A DNA stretch of 64,000 bases, taken from an uncultured Methanosarcinales archaeon (GTDB lineage: Archaea; Nanobdellota; Nanobdellia; Woesearchaeales; JAGVZT01). The notes under the pieces were generated by a model. It was not told where the DNA came from and ran no database searches. It saw only the letters and a list, made by a program, of their open reading frames with translations. The DNA is taken from NCBI GenBank assembly GCA_964444505.1, contig CAYUHF010000003.1, positions 28,189 to 92,188 on the forward strand. Reading direction: 5' to 3'. Shown here one piece after another: positions 34,850 through 45,618 of this stretch. The position numbers and the translations under genes are program-made. How positions within the stretch are numbered: position 1 is the first letter of the stretch; every line of letters begins with the position of its first letter.

Positions 34850-35542
34850 ATGAAATCACTGATTATTGCTGGGGGAAAAGGAACACGGATGAAAGATGTT
34901 TCCAAAGAAATCCCAAAGGCACTTCTGCCTGTAAACGGAAAACCTGTTTGTGTGCACCAGATAGATTTCTTAAGAGAGCACGGGATCAAAGATATTGTTT
35001 TTTGCATTGGTCATCTCGGGGACCAGATTGTGGAGTTTATTGGTGATGGGTCTCTTTTTGGTGTAAATGTTTCCTATGCAGAGGAGAAAGAACCTCTTGG
35101 TACTGGTGGGGCAATAAGAAACGGCTATGAATTTGTCAAAGATGAAGAGGATTTTGTTGTCTTGTTTGGAGACATTATGATTGATATGGACCTTTCAGAA
35201 TTTATCGAATTTCACAAACAAAACAAAGCTGTAATCACTTTTGCTGTCCACAAGTCTGATCATCCTGAAGACAGCTCCAATGTCAAGCTTGATAATGGCA
35301 GGATTGTTAGTATTGGAAGACCAAAACACGGCCATCCTATCACTGGTATTACAAGAACCTCAATACAGATCATGAACAAGAGGTGTTTTGATTATATACC
35401 TGAAAGAAAGATTTCATTAGAGGACGAGGTAATACCCAACATGCTTGAGTCAGGCGAGAGGGTTTTTGGTTATTATACCGATGAATTTATCAAGGACATG
35501 GGTACTCCTGAAAGATACAAAAAAGTTGGTGGTGACATATGA
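34850..35542 (+). CDS. hddC: D-glycero-alpha-D-manno-heptose 1-phosphate guanylyltransferase-like nucleotidyltransferase (HddC)
   Basis: The motifs are MKSLIIAGGKGTRM (GxGTRM) and GDIMID. Confidence 0.75.
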   Translation: MKSLIIAGGKGTRMKDVSKEIPKALLPVNGKPVCVHQIDFLREHGIKDIVFCIGHLGDQIVEFIGDGSLFGVNVSYAEEKEPLGTGGAIRNGYEFVKDEEDFVVLFGDIMIDMDLSEFIEFHKQNKAVITFAVHKSDHPEDSSNVKLDNGRIVSIGRPKHGHPITGITRTSIQIMNKRCFDYIPERKISLEDEVIPNMLESGERVFGYYTDEFIKDMGTPERYKKVGGDI

Positions 35543-36624
35543 GAGTAGCAATTCTTCATGATTATTTCAATAAAATGGGCGGCGGGGAAAGGGTTGTTCT
35601 TGGGATGGCTAAAGCGTTTGATGCTGATATATATACTGGGTTTGTCAACCATGAGAATACTTATGAAAGTATAAAAGATTACAATGTAAAAGAGATAGCC
35701 AGGGATATTGGGATTGGAGGGATTAGAAATATCCATCTTATGAACAGGTTTTCCAAGCTTGAGCTTGATTATGATTTTTTTATTTTTTCAGGAAACATGT
35801 GCATTTCTGCTGTTGAGAAAAACAAGCCAAGTCTGCTTTACTGCCACACACCTCCAAGATTCATGTATGACTTACGTGAATGGTTTATGAAAAACTCCAA
35901 CTTTTTCCAGAGGGTTTTTCTGGAGCTTTTGACAATGTATATGAAGCCAAAAGACCAGCATTACATGAGACAGTTTGACAGGATTGTGGTCAATTCCAAA
36001 AATGTCCAGCAGAGACTCTTAAAATACTATGGAAAAGATGTTTATGACAAAGATGAAGTTGTATACTCAATGATTGACCAGAGCAAGTTCACTTACAAGA
36101 AAACAGGAGATTTTTTCCTCTCTTTTGGCAGGTTAGACAAACTCAAAAGAGTTGATGTTATTGTCAGGGCTTTCCAGAAAATGCCTGAGAAAAAACTGGT
36201 TGTTGTTTCTGGGGGGCCAGAACTTGAAAACATAAAAGAGATGGCAAAAGATTATGCTAATATTGAGGTTTTGGGTTATGTTAGTGACCAAAAGCTGTTT
36301 AATCTTGTCGGCACGTGTCTTGCAACAATATACATCCCAGTTAATGAGGATATGGGTCTTACTCCGCTTGAGAGCAACTCAGCAGGAAAACCATGCATAG
36401 GTGCAAATGAGGGTGGTCCTACAGAGCTCATAAAGCACAATAAGACTGGCTGGTTGATTGAGCCTGATGAAAAGAGTTTGATTGAGACTGTCCAAAAAAT
36501 AACACCTGAAAAAGTAAATAACATGCGAAAGGATTGTGAAGAGTGGGCTGACAATTTTAGTGAGGACAAGTTTATTGCAAGGATAAGAAAAGTCATGGAC
36601 AGCATGGGCATTGACAACTCATAA
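35539..36624 (+). CDS. GT4 family glycosyltransferase
   Basis: EDMGLTPLESNSAGKPCI is an E-x7-E motif. An ATGA overlap joins it to hddC. Confidence 0.75.
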   Translation: MRVAILHDYFNKMGGGERVVLGMAKAFDADIYTGFVNHENTYESIKDYNVKEIARDIGIGGIRNIHLMNRFSKLELDYDFFIFSGNMCISAVEKNKPSLLYCHTPPRFMYDLREWFMKNSNFFQRVFLELLTMYMKPKDQHYMRQFDRIVVNSKNVQQRLLKYYGKDVYDKDEVVYSMIDQSKFTYKKTGDFFLSFGRLDKLKRVDVIVRAFQKMPEKKLVVVSGGPELENIKEMAKDYANIEVLGYVSDQKLFNLVGTCLATIYIPVNEDMGLTPLESNSAGKPCIGANEGGPTELIKHNKTGWLIEPDEKSLIETVQKITPEKVNNMRKDCEEWADNFSEDKFIARIRKVMDSMGIDNS

Positions 36625-36850
36625 AAACGGGTTAATTTTTTGACTATGGCCTTTTTCAATATTGTCTCTACTTTGTTACTTTAAGAGTTAAGCAGACCAA
36701 TTCTTCATCGCCCCTCCCCATACAAATACCATCTCAATTTGGAGAAAAATATCACCAGAACCAAGTCTCTTACCACTTAGAGATTCATCATAGCATTATC
36801 GAAGTTGGAGAATCAAAAGATTATTTAACAAATATGATTAACCTGATCCC

Positions 36851-38296
36851 ATGAAAGTATACCGGAGGATTGCAAACCAAATCAGCATAACATTTTTCTT
36901 TCAAGTTTTAACTTTCTTTACAGGGCCCTTACTTTTATTTATTTTGACACGAAATCTCTCCACAGAATCTTATGGAGCTTATTCAATTTTCTCTTCTACA
37001 ACACATTTTCTCTCCGTATTTCTATCTCTTGGCTTGTATAGTTACATAATCACTAAGTTTTCAGGTTTCTCTTATAAAGAGAGAGCTGAAGAGACTGGAA
37101 GTATTTCACTATTCTTAGTTTTCTACTTCATTGTATTATTTGTTGTTTTTCTACTCATAAAACATAAGTTTCTATCAATATTTAATCTGATAAATTATGG
37201 ATCAGAATACAACATCATAATAGTTTTGATAATAGTGGGGATCTTGAGACGTATATTAATCGGCCGCCTAACATCAAAAAAACTACTGGAATTGACTTCG
37301 ATACTTCAATTCTTGAGAAATTCTGGATGGGTTTACGGCCTTTTTTTAGTTATGATTTTCACTACAATTAATTTGAAGATAGTTTTAGGAATGTGGCTAC
37401 TAATGGTTATACTGACAACAATTATTGCTTTGCCAAAAATAAATATCAGATTTTGCAAGCGATTTCCGAAAAAAGCTCTGCTTTTCGGTTCTCCACTTAT
37501 GTTATACCACATCGGTTATTGGCTTATAAGAGTGGCTGACAGATATGTTCTCTCTTATTACCTGACCCTAGAGAGAGTTGGCATTTATAGCCTGGGTGAC
37601 TCGCTAGTAACGGCTCTGGTCATGTTTTCCGATGTAATAAGTGGTGTAATATATCCTTACTATTCTGAGAGCTTTAACAAAAAGAAGAAACACAAAGTTT
37701 TCAGTAATGTAGCAATCAAATACACACTTTTGATACTCCTTCCCGCAATTGCAGGTTTAACTGTGATGGGAAAGGCCATCATCACAATGGTTTCCGGTCC
37801 GCGATATCTGGAGTCTGCTTCTGTGATTCCCTGGCTGGCACTCTACCCACTTTTAGTCGGTCTTTCAAAAGTATTCTATCAGAATTTGATGGTGAGAGAC
37901 AAGACCAAACAGGCAGGAATGATTTTCTTCTCTGCAGGGATATTAAATATTCTCCTCAACATGTTGATGGTTCCCAAAATAGGCATAATAGGTGCCGCCA
38001 TTTCCATCAATGTTTCCTATCTTCTCATATTTTGTTCAACCTTCTATCTTTCAAAGGGCTGGAAAGTTGACTGGAGGTTTGTTAGACCATTGCGTATCAT
38101 GGGTGCAACTGCTATAATGAGTATTGTTGTGTACCTTATCCAACCACAAAGACTACTAACCAAAATATCGACTGTAATAGTAGGTGGTTTACTTTACTTT
38201 GTAGCTCTTCTGATTCTAGATGCAATAAGCAAAGAGGAACTAAAGTTTTTTAAGGAGCTCCTCACTACAATAGGTAAGAAATATAAAATAGTGTAG
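36851..38296 (+). CDS. Wzx-like polysaccharide/oligosaccharide flippase (MOP superfamily)
   Basis: A 481-aa protein with ~12-14 hydrophobic helices, sitting in a glycan cluster. Confidence 0.65.
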   Translation: MKVYRRIANQISITFFFQVLTFFTGPLLLFILTRNLSTESYGAYSIFSSTTHFLSVFLSLGLYSYIITKFSGFSYKERAEETGSISLFLVFYFIVLFVVFLLIKHKFLSIFNLINYGSEYNIIIVLIIVGILRRILIGRLTSKKLLELTSILQFLRNSGWVYGLFLVMIFTTINLKIVLGMWLLMVILTTIIALPKINIRFCKRFPKKALLFGSPLMLYHIGYWLIRVADRYVLSYYLTLERVGIYSLGDSLVTALVMFSDVISGVIYPYYSESFNKKKKHKVFSNVAIKYTLLILLPAIAGLTVMGKAIITMVSGPRYLESASVIPWLALYPLLVGLSKVFYQNLMVRDKTKQAGMIFFSAGILNILLNMLMVPKIGIIGAAISINVSYLLIFCSTFYLSKGWKVDWRFVRPLRIMGATAIMSIVVYLIQPQRLLTKISTVIVGGLLYFVALLILDAISKEELKFFKELLTTIGKKYKIV

Positions 38297-38320
38297 GGTA
38301 AAGCAAGAGATGGTTTTAAT

Positions 38321-39277
38321 ATGAGGACATTGGTAACTGGAGGTGCAGGGTTTATTGGTTTTCATGTGTCAAAAGGGCTTCTAAAAAGAGGTGAGGAAGT
38401 AACAATTATTGATAATTTTAATCAATATTATGATCAAAAACTAAAGATAGACAGGATTAAGCAATTGAAAACTAATAAACTGGAAGTAATCAAAGAAGAC
38501 ATAAGTGATTTTGACGCATTATTTCGAAAGATAAAAGATAAGAGAATAGACAAAATCTGCCACTTAGCAGCCCAAGCTGGAGTAAGATACTCCATAGAGA
38601 ACCCTTTTATATATGAAAAGACAAATGTTAGGGGAACTCTAAATATTTTTGAATGTGCCAGAAGACTAGACATAAATAAGGTAGTTTTTGCTTCAAGTAG
38701 TTCTGTTTACGGTAACCACTCACAAACCCCGTATAATGAAGAACAAAAGGTTAACCAGCCTGAGTCAATATATGCAGCTACAAAAATAAGTAACGAAACA
38801 ATGGCTTACACATATCACAGAATACACGATATTCAAGTGGTTGGGCTCCGTCTTTTCACTGTATATGGACCGTGGGGAAGACCAGACATGGCAATGCATT
38901 TATTTACGGACAAAATCATGAATGGCCATCCCATAGATCTTTTTAATCATGGAGATCTAAAGAGAGATTTCACATTTGTATCAGATATAAGAGAAGGACT
39001 TTTGTCAGCCTTGGATAAAAACTTAGGTTTCGAGATAATTAACCTGGGATGTGGAGAACCGGTCGAACTTAGATATTTTGTGAAATGCATCGAAAAGAGT
39101 ACCAATAAGAAAGCCAAGATAAGATTACTACCAATGCAGAAAGGAGACGTATATGAAACTTTTGCAGATATAAAGAAAGCAAAAAGTCTTCTGAATTATG
39201 AACCCCAAGTAAGCATTGAGGAAGGTGTATCCTATTTTGTGGAGTGGTTCAAAAAATATTATGAAATCAAAAAATGA
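38321..39277 (+). CDS. NAD-dependent nucleotide-sugar epimerase/dehydratase (SDR; UDP-glucuronate/UDP-GlcNAc 4-epimerase-like)
   Basis: The motifs are TGGAGFIGFH and YAATK (YxxxK). Confidence 0.8.
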   Translation: MRTLVTGGAGFIGFHVSKGLLKRGEEVTIIDNFNQYYDQKLKIDRIKQLKTNKLEVIKEDISDFDALFRKIKDKRIDKICHLAAQAGVRYSIENPFIYEKTNVRGTLNIFECARRLDINKVVFASSSSVYGNHSQTPYNEEQKVNQPESIYAATKISNETMAYTYHRIHDIQVVGLRLFTVYGPWGRPDMAMHLFTDKIMNGHPIDLFNHGDLKRDFTFVSDIREGLLSALDKNLGFEIINLGCGEPVELRYFVKCIEKSTNKKAKIRLLPMQKGDVYETFADIKKAKSLLNYEPQVSIEEGVSYFVEWFKKYYEIKK

Positions 39278-40503
39278 AAATTGCGATAACATCTACTTTT
39301 TTGGGACAAAAAACTTCGGGAGCAGAGATTAGTACTTATCATCTTTGCAAAAATCTAAGCCAAAAAAACCAAGTCTTTGCAATAACAACTAAAATGGATA
39401 AAAAGCTTCCCTTTAAATGTTTTAGTCTGAAACTTGGTTTTGTTCCCAATATAGTATTGATGATTGGAATTTGGCCAACAGATTACCTAATGTATAAAAA
39501 AATACTGAAAATTTTTAGACGAGAAAAACCAGACTTAGTGCATATACAAGATTTTTCAATACTGGAACCAAGCTTAAGAGCAGCCAAAGAGCTCGAGATA
39601 CCAACGGTATTGACTGTCCGGGACTACAGATTCCATTGCAACTTATCTATTGATCTAGAACAGAACCGAATAGAAAGAGAGTATTCCAACAAAACCTATT
39701 ATAAATGGCTTTACAAAACCCTAAAAGAAACTAAAGGTCTGGGTTTTATGACTCCAGTATTCTATCCAATATTTAAAATTTCAAATGAAAAAAACATCAA
39801 GAATGTAAAACTAGTCGATAAAATAATAACTGTATCAGACTTTGTGAAAAAAGAACTGATTAAAAGTGGGATTTGCAGGGAAAAAATACAAACAATAAAT
39901 GTTCCAAAGCCAGACTGGAATTATAAAAAACCAATTAATAAGAATAAAATGACATTTTTCGCAGCTGGAGTCTTTACAAAGTCTAAAGGATTTGGTTACC
40001 TGATTGAATCCTTCATCAAAGCTTTGGAGGATAATGACGAAATCGAATTAAGAATAGCTGGAGATGGATCCCACAGAAAATCAGTAAAGAAAAAAATCAC
40101 AAAAAACCAAAAAAACATCAAATTGATAGGCCGAATAAGGCCTGAAGACATGAGAGGAGAATACGAAAAGGCAGATGTTGTGGTAGTTCCTTCTCTTTGG
40201 CCAGAACCATTAAGTAGAATAATATTTGAAAGCTTTTCTGTAGGTAGACCTGTGATAGCAACAAAAACTGGAGGAAGCCCAGAACTAGTCAAAGACAATG
40301 AAACAGGATTTTTGGTTGGACCCCAAAATATTAATGAAATGAGAGATGCAATAGAGAAATTTATCCACACTCCAGACCTTGCTGAAAAACTAGGATTAAA
40401 AGCAAATAATATTATAAATAACAGAGCAAACCCAGGAAGAGTAATTAAAGAACACATGAAGGTATATAAAAGGATGCAAAATGAAAAGTCTAGACAAGGA
40501 TAA
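39274..40503 (+). CDS. GT4 family glycosyltransferase
   Basis: EPLSRIIFESFSVGRPVIAT is an E-x7-E motif. Confidence 0.75.
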   Translation: MKIAITSTFLGQKTSGAEISTYHLCKNLSQKNQVFAITTKMDKKLPFKCFSLKLGFVPNIVLMIGIWPTDYLMYKKILKIFRREKPDLVHIQDFSILEPSLRAAKELEIPTVLTVRDYRFHCNLSIDLEQNRIEREYSNKTYYKWLYKTLKETKGLGFMTPVFYPIFKISNEKNIKNVKLVDKIITVSDFVKKELIKSGICREKIQTINVPKPDWNYKKPINKNKMTFFAAGVFTKSKGFGYLIESFIKALEDNDEIELRIAGDGSHRKSVKKKITKNQKNIKLIGRIRPEDMRGEYEKADVVVVPSLWPEPLSRIIFESFSVGRPVIATKTGGSPELVKDNETGFLVGPQNINEMRDAIEKFIHTPDLAEKLGLKANNIINNRANPGRVIKEHMKVYKRMQNEKSRQG

Positions 40504-41113
40504 AAAGATATTAACCCTGTGTGCAAACAAGAAAGTTCTACATTTGGGAGCTACAGATAGTCCCCACCATATAGAGAAAGCGGAAAACAGAGAGTTACTT
40601 CATCAAAAACTCCAGAGAGTAGCAGAAAAGCTGATAGGCATAGACTTGGATCAGAGATCAATTAGAGAATTACAGAGATATGGAATCACAAATATATATA
40701 AGCATGACATTACAAAAAAATTCCCAGATGAGTTTTCTAATTTTGACATTATTATTATGGGGGATGTATTTGAGCATTTATCCAACCCAGGTCTTGCCAT
40801 CGAGAATGTTAAGAAAATTATGACCGATAAAACAAAACTAATCATAACAGTTCCAAATATTTATTGCTACTTTAATATTTTTAACATTTTTACCAAAAAA
40901 GAAGATGTGCATTCAGATCACATGTTCTGGACATCAAAACAGACTATGACGCAGTTTTTAAATAGACACAAATTGGAGATAGTAAATTTTGAGTATCTAA
41001 ATTTTGGATCGTATGATGATATAAAAACAATAAAGGGAAAAATATTCTATAATGTATTTCTTAAATCTATTGCTAAGATAAGAAGTGTTTTATTCTTCGA
41101 ATTAAAAAAATAA
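40481..41113 (+). CDS. Class I SAM-dependent methyltransferase
   Basis: The motifs are VLHLGATDS and DIIIMGDVFEHL. Confidence 0.6.
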   Translation: MKSLDKDKKILTLCANKKVLHLGATDSPHHIEKAENRELLHQKLQRVAEKLIGIDLDQRSIRELQRYGITNIYKHDITKKFPDEFSNFDIIIMGDVFEHLSNPGLAIENVKKIMTDKTKLIITVPNIYCYFNIFNIFTKKEDVHSDHMFWTSKQTMTQFLNRHKLEIVNFEYLNFGSYDDIKTIKGKIFYNVFLKSIAKIRSVLFFELKK

Positions 41114-41242
41114 TTCTCAAATAAGCTAAATATACTGGAAATCAGAAGTATCTACAATTACAGAATGAAAAAACACATTTTTCAAAATCAAAAGAGAAAC
41201 CTTTCAAAAACTTTAAAAGATGTCATCTATTTAATTATTTAA

Positions 41243-42316
41243 ATGAAAATAAGTTACATAGGCAATTTAAAGGAGAAAAAGTCTGAAGGTTCGATAACCA
41301 TACTGAATATACTTAAGGATCACTTCAGGAAGTATGAGCTAAAGATAAATAAAATAGACAAAGATACTCAGATTGTTAACTTGCATTCAAACGGTTTTTT
41401 TGAATCAATAATATATGGCCGGATAAAAAACAATAAAATATACTCTCTACACTCAAATGTTAATAACGATTTCTTTAAAACCCTTAAATGCTATTTTCAA
41501 TTCCTAAGTTATTTTTATTCCTCCAAAAAAGATTTTATAGATAGAAAGGAAAGAGTAAAAAAAATAGCTATGATAATATTAAGCAATCTAACACCCATAT
41601 TTTTAAAAAGGTATTTCTTGAGCAAGATGGACTATGTAATAGTTCCAAACAAAATCACTTACGATAGATTAAAATTGGAAAACAGCCAAATAATCAGACA
41701 TGGGATAAATATTGAAAAATTCAGATTGAAAAAGCCTCGAAAGAATATATTACTGAAAATAAGATTTTTCGGACACATGAGTCCTACAAAGGGGCTGATT
41801 GAAGTTATCAAAGCATTCGGAGAGCTAGAAAAAAAGTATCAAACAGAATTATTTTTAACCATTACGAGTCCACAGCTAATGCAATTTGTAAAAAAACATT
41901 CACCAAAAACAAAAATTCATGGAGAAATAGACAACATGCCTGAAGAATACAACAATTCAGACATAGTTGTTCTTCCTTACAGGCATAGTGGTGGTGCTAT
42001 TGCAAATCCCTTAGTATTACTGGAAGCAATGGCATGTGAGTGTGCAGTTATTACTACAGATCTCCCCCATTTAAAAGAAATCTGTGGAGATAGTGTCTTG
42101 TATGTCAAACCGTATAGTGTAAAAGAAATAGTTGAAAAGGTAAACCTACTAGCAAACAAGCCTGAATTAAGAAAAAAACTTGGGAAAAAGGCAAGGCAAA
42201 GGATAATCAAGTATTACAGTGAAGAGAAAATGATAGATAAATATGAAAAATTATACAGAAAAGAATCATTTTTTATTTATAACAACAAAGAAAATGGTTC
42301 TAAACCTCACAGGTAA
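41243..42316 (+). CDS. GT4 family glycosyltransferase
   Basis: The C-terminus reads GGAIANPLVLLEAMACECAVITT. Confidence 0.7.
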   Translation: MKISYIGNLKEKKSEGSITILNILKDHFRKYELKINKIDKDTQIVNLHSNGFFESIIYGRIKNNKIYSLHSNVNNDFFKTLKCYFQFLSYFYSSKKDFIDRKERVKKIAMIILSNLTPIFLKRYFLSKMDYVIVPNKITYDRLKLENSQIIRHGINIEKFRLKKPRKNILLKIRFFGHMSPTKGLIEVIKAFGELEKKYQTELFLTITSPQLMQFVKKHSPKTKIHGEIDNMPEEYNNSDIVVLPYRHSGGAIANPLVLLEAMACECAVITTDLPHLKEICGDSVLYVKPYSVKEIVEKVNLLANKPELRKKLGKKARQRIIKYYSEEKMIDKYEKLYRKESFFIYNNKENGSKPHR

Positions 42317-42985
42317 TTTTAGATTGTCTTCCAGAAAACTGATGAAATGCTTTATTATTGGTATTTTGTATAATGTTCTCGGATAAGAAAGTATACCTGT
42401 TATTCTATATTCGTAACCTTTCAGAAAAGTCTTCAGCTCGGATAAAGAGTAGAGCTTTGTCCTCTTTCTTTTTGGGTTTAAAAGTATCGATAAACGAGTC
42501 CATAAACAATTCTTATTAGGAACATCAAATACCAAAACCCCATTCTCTTCAGTAACTCTATATAGTTCTTTGAAAGCCTTTTTAATGTCGGGAAGGTGCA
42601 TCAACACAGTTACTGAATAAACAAAATCGAAACTATTTTTCTCATAGGGAATGTTTTCAATATCTCCCACCTTTGTCTTGACGGAGGCATCTTTTTTCTT
42701 TAATTGGGCCAGCATATTTTTGGACAAATCAAACCCCTGAATATCATAACCTTTCTTTGATAGGGGTATCAAAATTCTGCCTGTACCACAACCAGCTTCC
42801 AGAATTTTTTTAGGTTTATACTTACTTAATAAATGTGAAAGTGTCCTTATTTGCTCTGATAATATCTTTCTGTGTTCGAAAGTACTTAACCTATTAAAAT
42901 CGTAATCTGGAGCTTCCTTTTCGTAAGTATCCAGGAATTCTTCCTTTGTTTTAAATCTTAGTTCGACCATCAAAATAAAGTTCAC
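42266..42985 (-). CDS. Class I SAM-dependent methyltransferase
   Basis: ILEAGCGTGRILIPL is SAM motif I. Confidence 0.7.
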   Translation of the reverse strand: MNFILMVELRFKTKEEFLDTYEKEAPDYDFNRLSTFEHRKILSEQIRTLSHLLSKYKPKKILEAGCGTGRILIPLSKKGYDIQGFDLSKNMLAQLKKKDASVKTKVGDIENIPYEKNSFDFVYSVTVLMHLPDIKKAFKELYRVTEENGVLVFDVPNKNCLWTRLSILLNPKRKRTKLYSLSELKTFLKGYEYRITGILSYPRTLYKIPIIKHFISFLEDNLKLPVRFRTIFFVVINKK

Positions 42986-43117
42986 AAGGTTTCATTTATA
43001 AAGATTGTTAATTTCTTTTCCTCGGCTCATTTCAATTCAAAATAATGTAAAGAGCACTTGTGGAAAGGAATACAAAAAACTCTAAAGTCCGAAAAATCGG
43101 CTGGTTCTATGAGACTG

Positions 43118-44791
43118 TTAGTTGCATTCAAAGATGTATCCCAGTTTATATCCCTTGTCTTCAAAAGTTAATGTTTCTCTACAGTTTTTTGTGATTGTTA
43201 TCCATAGAGGACTTTGTTTGTTTATTTGTGGGAAGTCCAAAATAATAATTGTGGAATCTAGTACAATTGAATTTGCAAGTGTGGTATTGAATTCGTCTTC
43301 AAAATCAAGAATTTCTGTCTGTGTATAATTCCCAGTATCTATAAGGTAATAATCCATAGCCTTATTCCTGAAAATATAAACTGGCTCCTGCAGTTTATTT
43401 TCTTTGGCATAATCAATCATATCAAAAGTTACCTTATTAATATCCTGCCCAGCAAAGGAGAAAAGATACTCTTCCATCATAAAAAGACTATATCCTGATG
43501 AAACTGCCAAGAATAGCGTTAGTGATAAAACTGCAAGCTTTCTTTGCTTTTTAAATTTCATAATTAAGTGTGTTGAGAGAGAAAGAAGTGAAATCAAAAA
43601 ACAAAAGAGAATCACAATGAAATTCACATAAAATCCCTGTGGACCTGAGCTCATTTGGATGGGTATAAGAAAAGAAAAATCCAGACCAAAAAGCTTATTT
43701 ATGAAATTTGACTTTGGATAGAAATCAACTGTTTCTGAACTCTGTCTGGTGAGAAACATGAAAGAAACAACCAGGACAACTGCTATGAATATCCCAACAA
43801 AAATATGTTTTTTTCTAAGATTCTGTTTAGATAAATAATGTGCAGAAAGTATTGACAAAGGTGGTGCTATTGCAAGAAGATATCTTTCTATTGGCCTGTA
43901 CGGATCAGAGTTGACAAATAGAAAAAAGAAAATGACAACAGCTGTCCAGATAAAAAAATAATTTGTGAATTTTGCTTTATATGCAGAATCGATTTTTTTC
44001 TCCATCAAATACAACAAGAATGTACCAGATAGTAAAGGTCCTATCCAAACAATAGCATTCAATAACTGTATCAACAGAGGAAATAGATTTGAGGTATAAG
44101 AAACAGTTAGCTTCCTACTATGAGTTAATGACGTAAAAAAGTTATCAGAGTTTGCAAAATGTGCAGCCAAAGGAAACAGAGAAAAAACAAGCAGAGCAAC
44201 TAATGTAATGACAAAACCAATTTTAACAGTTGAAATTAAATCCTTATTTCTTACTAGATTATGAAGTATTATAATTGGAATTATTAACACACAAGTATAT
44301 TTTGAAAGTATCCCCAATCCAGTAAAAAGACCTGTGAGGTATATATTTTTTGATTTATTATTATCCAGATATCTTGAGTAGAACAAAGTTGAAAGAAGAA
44401 AGAAGAGGGATACAAAAAAAGCATCGTTATCAAGTTGCAAAGTGCCTGCAAGCAACCAGCTACTTGTTGCAAGAATTAACACTGAAATATTTGCAACTTT
44501 CCAATTAAAATGCTTGTTTGCCAAATAATATACCAAAAAGAGATTAACCAATCCAATTATTGCCACAGAAATTCTCAAAGACAAAGCGCTCCTGCCCAGG
44601 GCAAGATAAGAAAGATTCTGAAAAATGAAAGCCAATGGCGGATGGGGTGAGTGGTAAGATAAATATCTCTGATCAATCGCTGAATGCACCCAGACATATT
44701 CGTCAGCATAAAGTGGTTGGCAAAAGCCAAGAATATGTGTGACCACATATACAATAACTGCCATCCAAAGAAAAATTCTTTTCCTATTCAT
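43118..44791 (-). CDS. GT-C fold polytopic membrane glycosyltransferase (ArnT/PMT, GT39/83-like)
   Basis: There are ~12 TM helices. An N-terminal loop DEYVWVH is present. Confidence 0.6.
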   Translation of the reverse strand: MNRKRIFLWMAVIVYVVTHILGFCQPLYADEYVWVHSAIDQRYLSYHSPHPPLAFIFQNLSYLALGRSALSLRISVAIIGLVNLFLVYYLANKHFNWKVANISVLILATSSWLLAGTLQLDNDAFFVSLFFLLSTLFYSRYLDNNKSKNIYLTGLFTGLGILSKYTCVLIIPIIILHNLVRNKDLISTVKIGFVITLVALLVFSLFPLAAHFANSDNFFTSLTHSRKLTVSYTSNLFPLLIQLLNAIVWIGPLLSGTFLLYLMEKKIDSAYKAKFTNYFFIWTAVVIFFFLFVNSDPYRPIERYLLAIAPPLSILSAHYLSKQNLRKKHIFVGIFIAVVLVVSFMFLTRQSSETVDFYPKSNFINKLFGLDFSFLIPIQMSSGPQGFYVNFIVILFCFLISLLSLSTHLIMKFKKQRKLAVLSLTLFLAVSSGYSLFMMEEYLFSFAGQDINKVTFDMIDYAKENKLQEPVYIFRNKAMDYYLIDTGNYTQTEILDFEDEFNTTLANSIVLDSTIIILDFPQINKQSPLWITITKNCRETLTFEDKGYKLGYIFECN

Positions 44792-45540
44792 ATTCTTCTA
44801 AAAACTAGTAAGTTCTCTGGCAGATACCAAACTACCTTTTTTTCTGACATCATACTTTTAAGCTTTTTTGTGGTATCTGAGTCATATTTGTAGTTCCCAT
44901 GCTCAAACAAATCTATCCAAAACCTTGGCGGTTTTTCATTTATGTGGTCTTTACCCCCCTGTCCTGGAGGTGCGGCAGTAAAAACAATTTGATCACTATA
45001 AGAAGTTAGGATTTCAACCAAGTTTTCAGAATATTTTTCAGGGATGTGCTCTGCAACTTCAAAACACATGCAGATATCATATTTGGAGTTAGAATCGTGC
45101 TGATTTCTCAAATCAAAAAGCATAAACTCTGATTCTGATATTTTTAGGTTATCTTTAGCAGATTTACTTCCATCTATCCCAAAAACACTAGCTCCATTCT
45201 TCTTGAAAATCGACAGATATACTCCTATACCACACCCAACATCAACAACACTTTCGGGTTTAAACTCTGACATAAGTATTGAAACAACAGCTTCTGCAGA
45301 TGGAGCTGTCTGCATTTCAATATCTTCAAAAAAATCATCGTTGTAAACAGCTTCAATGTCTGAACGGGACTGCAGTCTAAAAATTGCTTTTTTTACTGAC
45401 AAGAATAATGCATATGTTTTATTTACAAGATTCATTATCCCAAGACGCCTGGCAAGCCGAATCAGTTTTCTTCTCATTTTCACTTCAAAATCTGGTGAAA
45501 CAAAGTATAATATAAGTCTTTTCAATTTTCCGAGAGGCAA
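44788..45540 (-). CDS. Class I SAM-dependent methyltransferase
   Basis: The motif is VVDVGCGIGVYLSIF. Confidence 0.7.
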   Translation of the reverse strand: MPLGKLKRLILYFVSPDFEVKMRRKLIRLARRLGIMNLVNKTYALFLSVKKAIFRLQSRSDIEAVYNDDFFEDIEMQTAPSAEAVVSILMSEFKPESVVDVGCGIGVYLSIFKKNGASVFGIDGSKSAKDNLKISESEFMLFDLRNQHDSNSKYDICMCFEVAEHIPEKYSENLVEILTSYSDQIVFTAAPPGQGGKDHINEKPPRFWIDLFEHGNYKYDSDTTKKLKSMMSEKKVVWYLPENLLVFRRI

Positions 45541-45618
45541 TAAAATTCATAAGTCTTTTTGGCATATTATGTGATGCAGTAAAAAGATATTTAAACCAAT
45601 ATGCATTGGAAATTCAAA

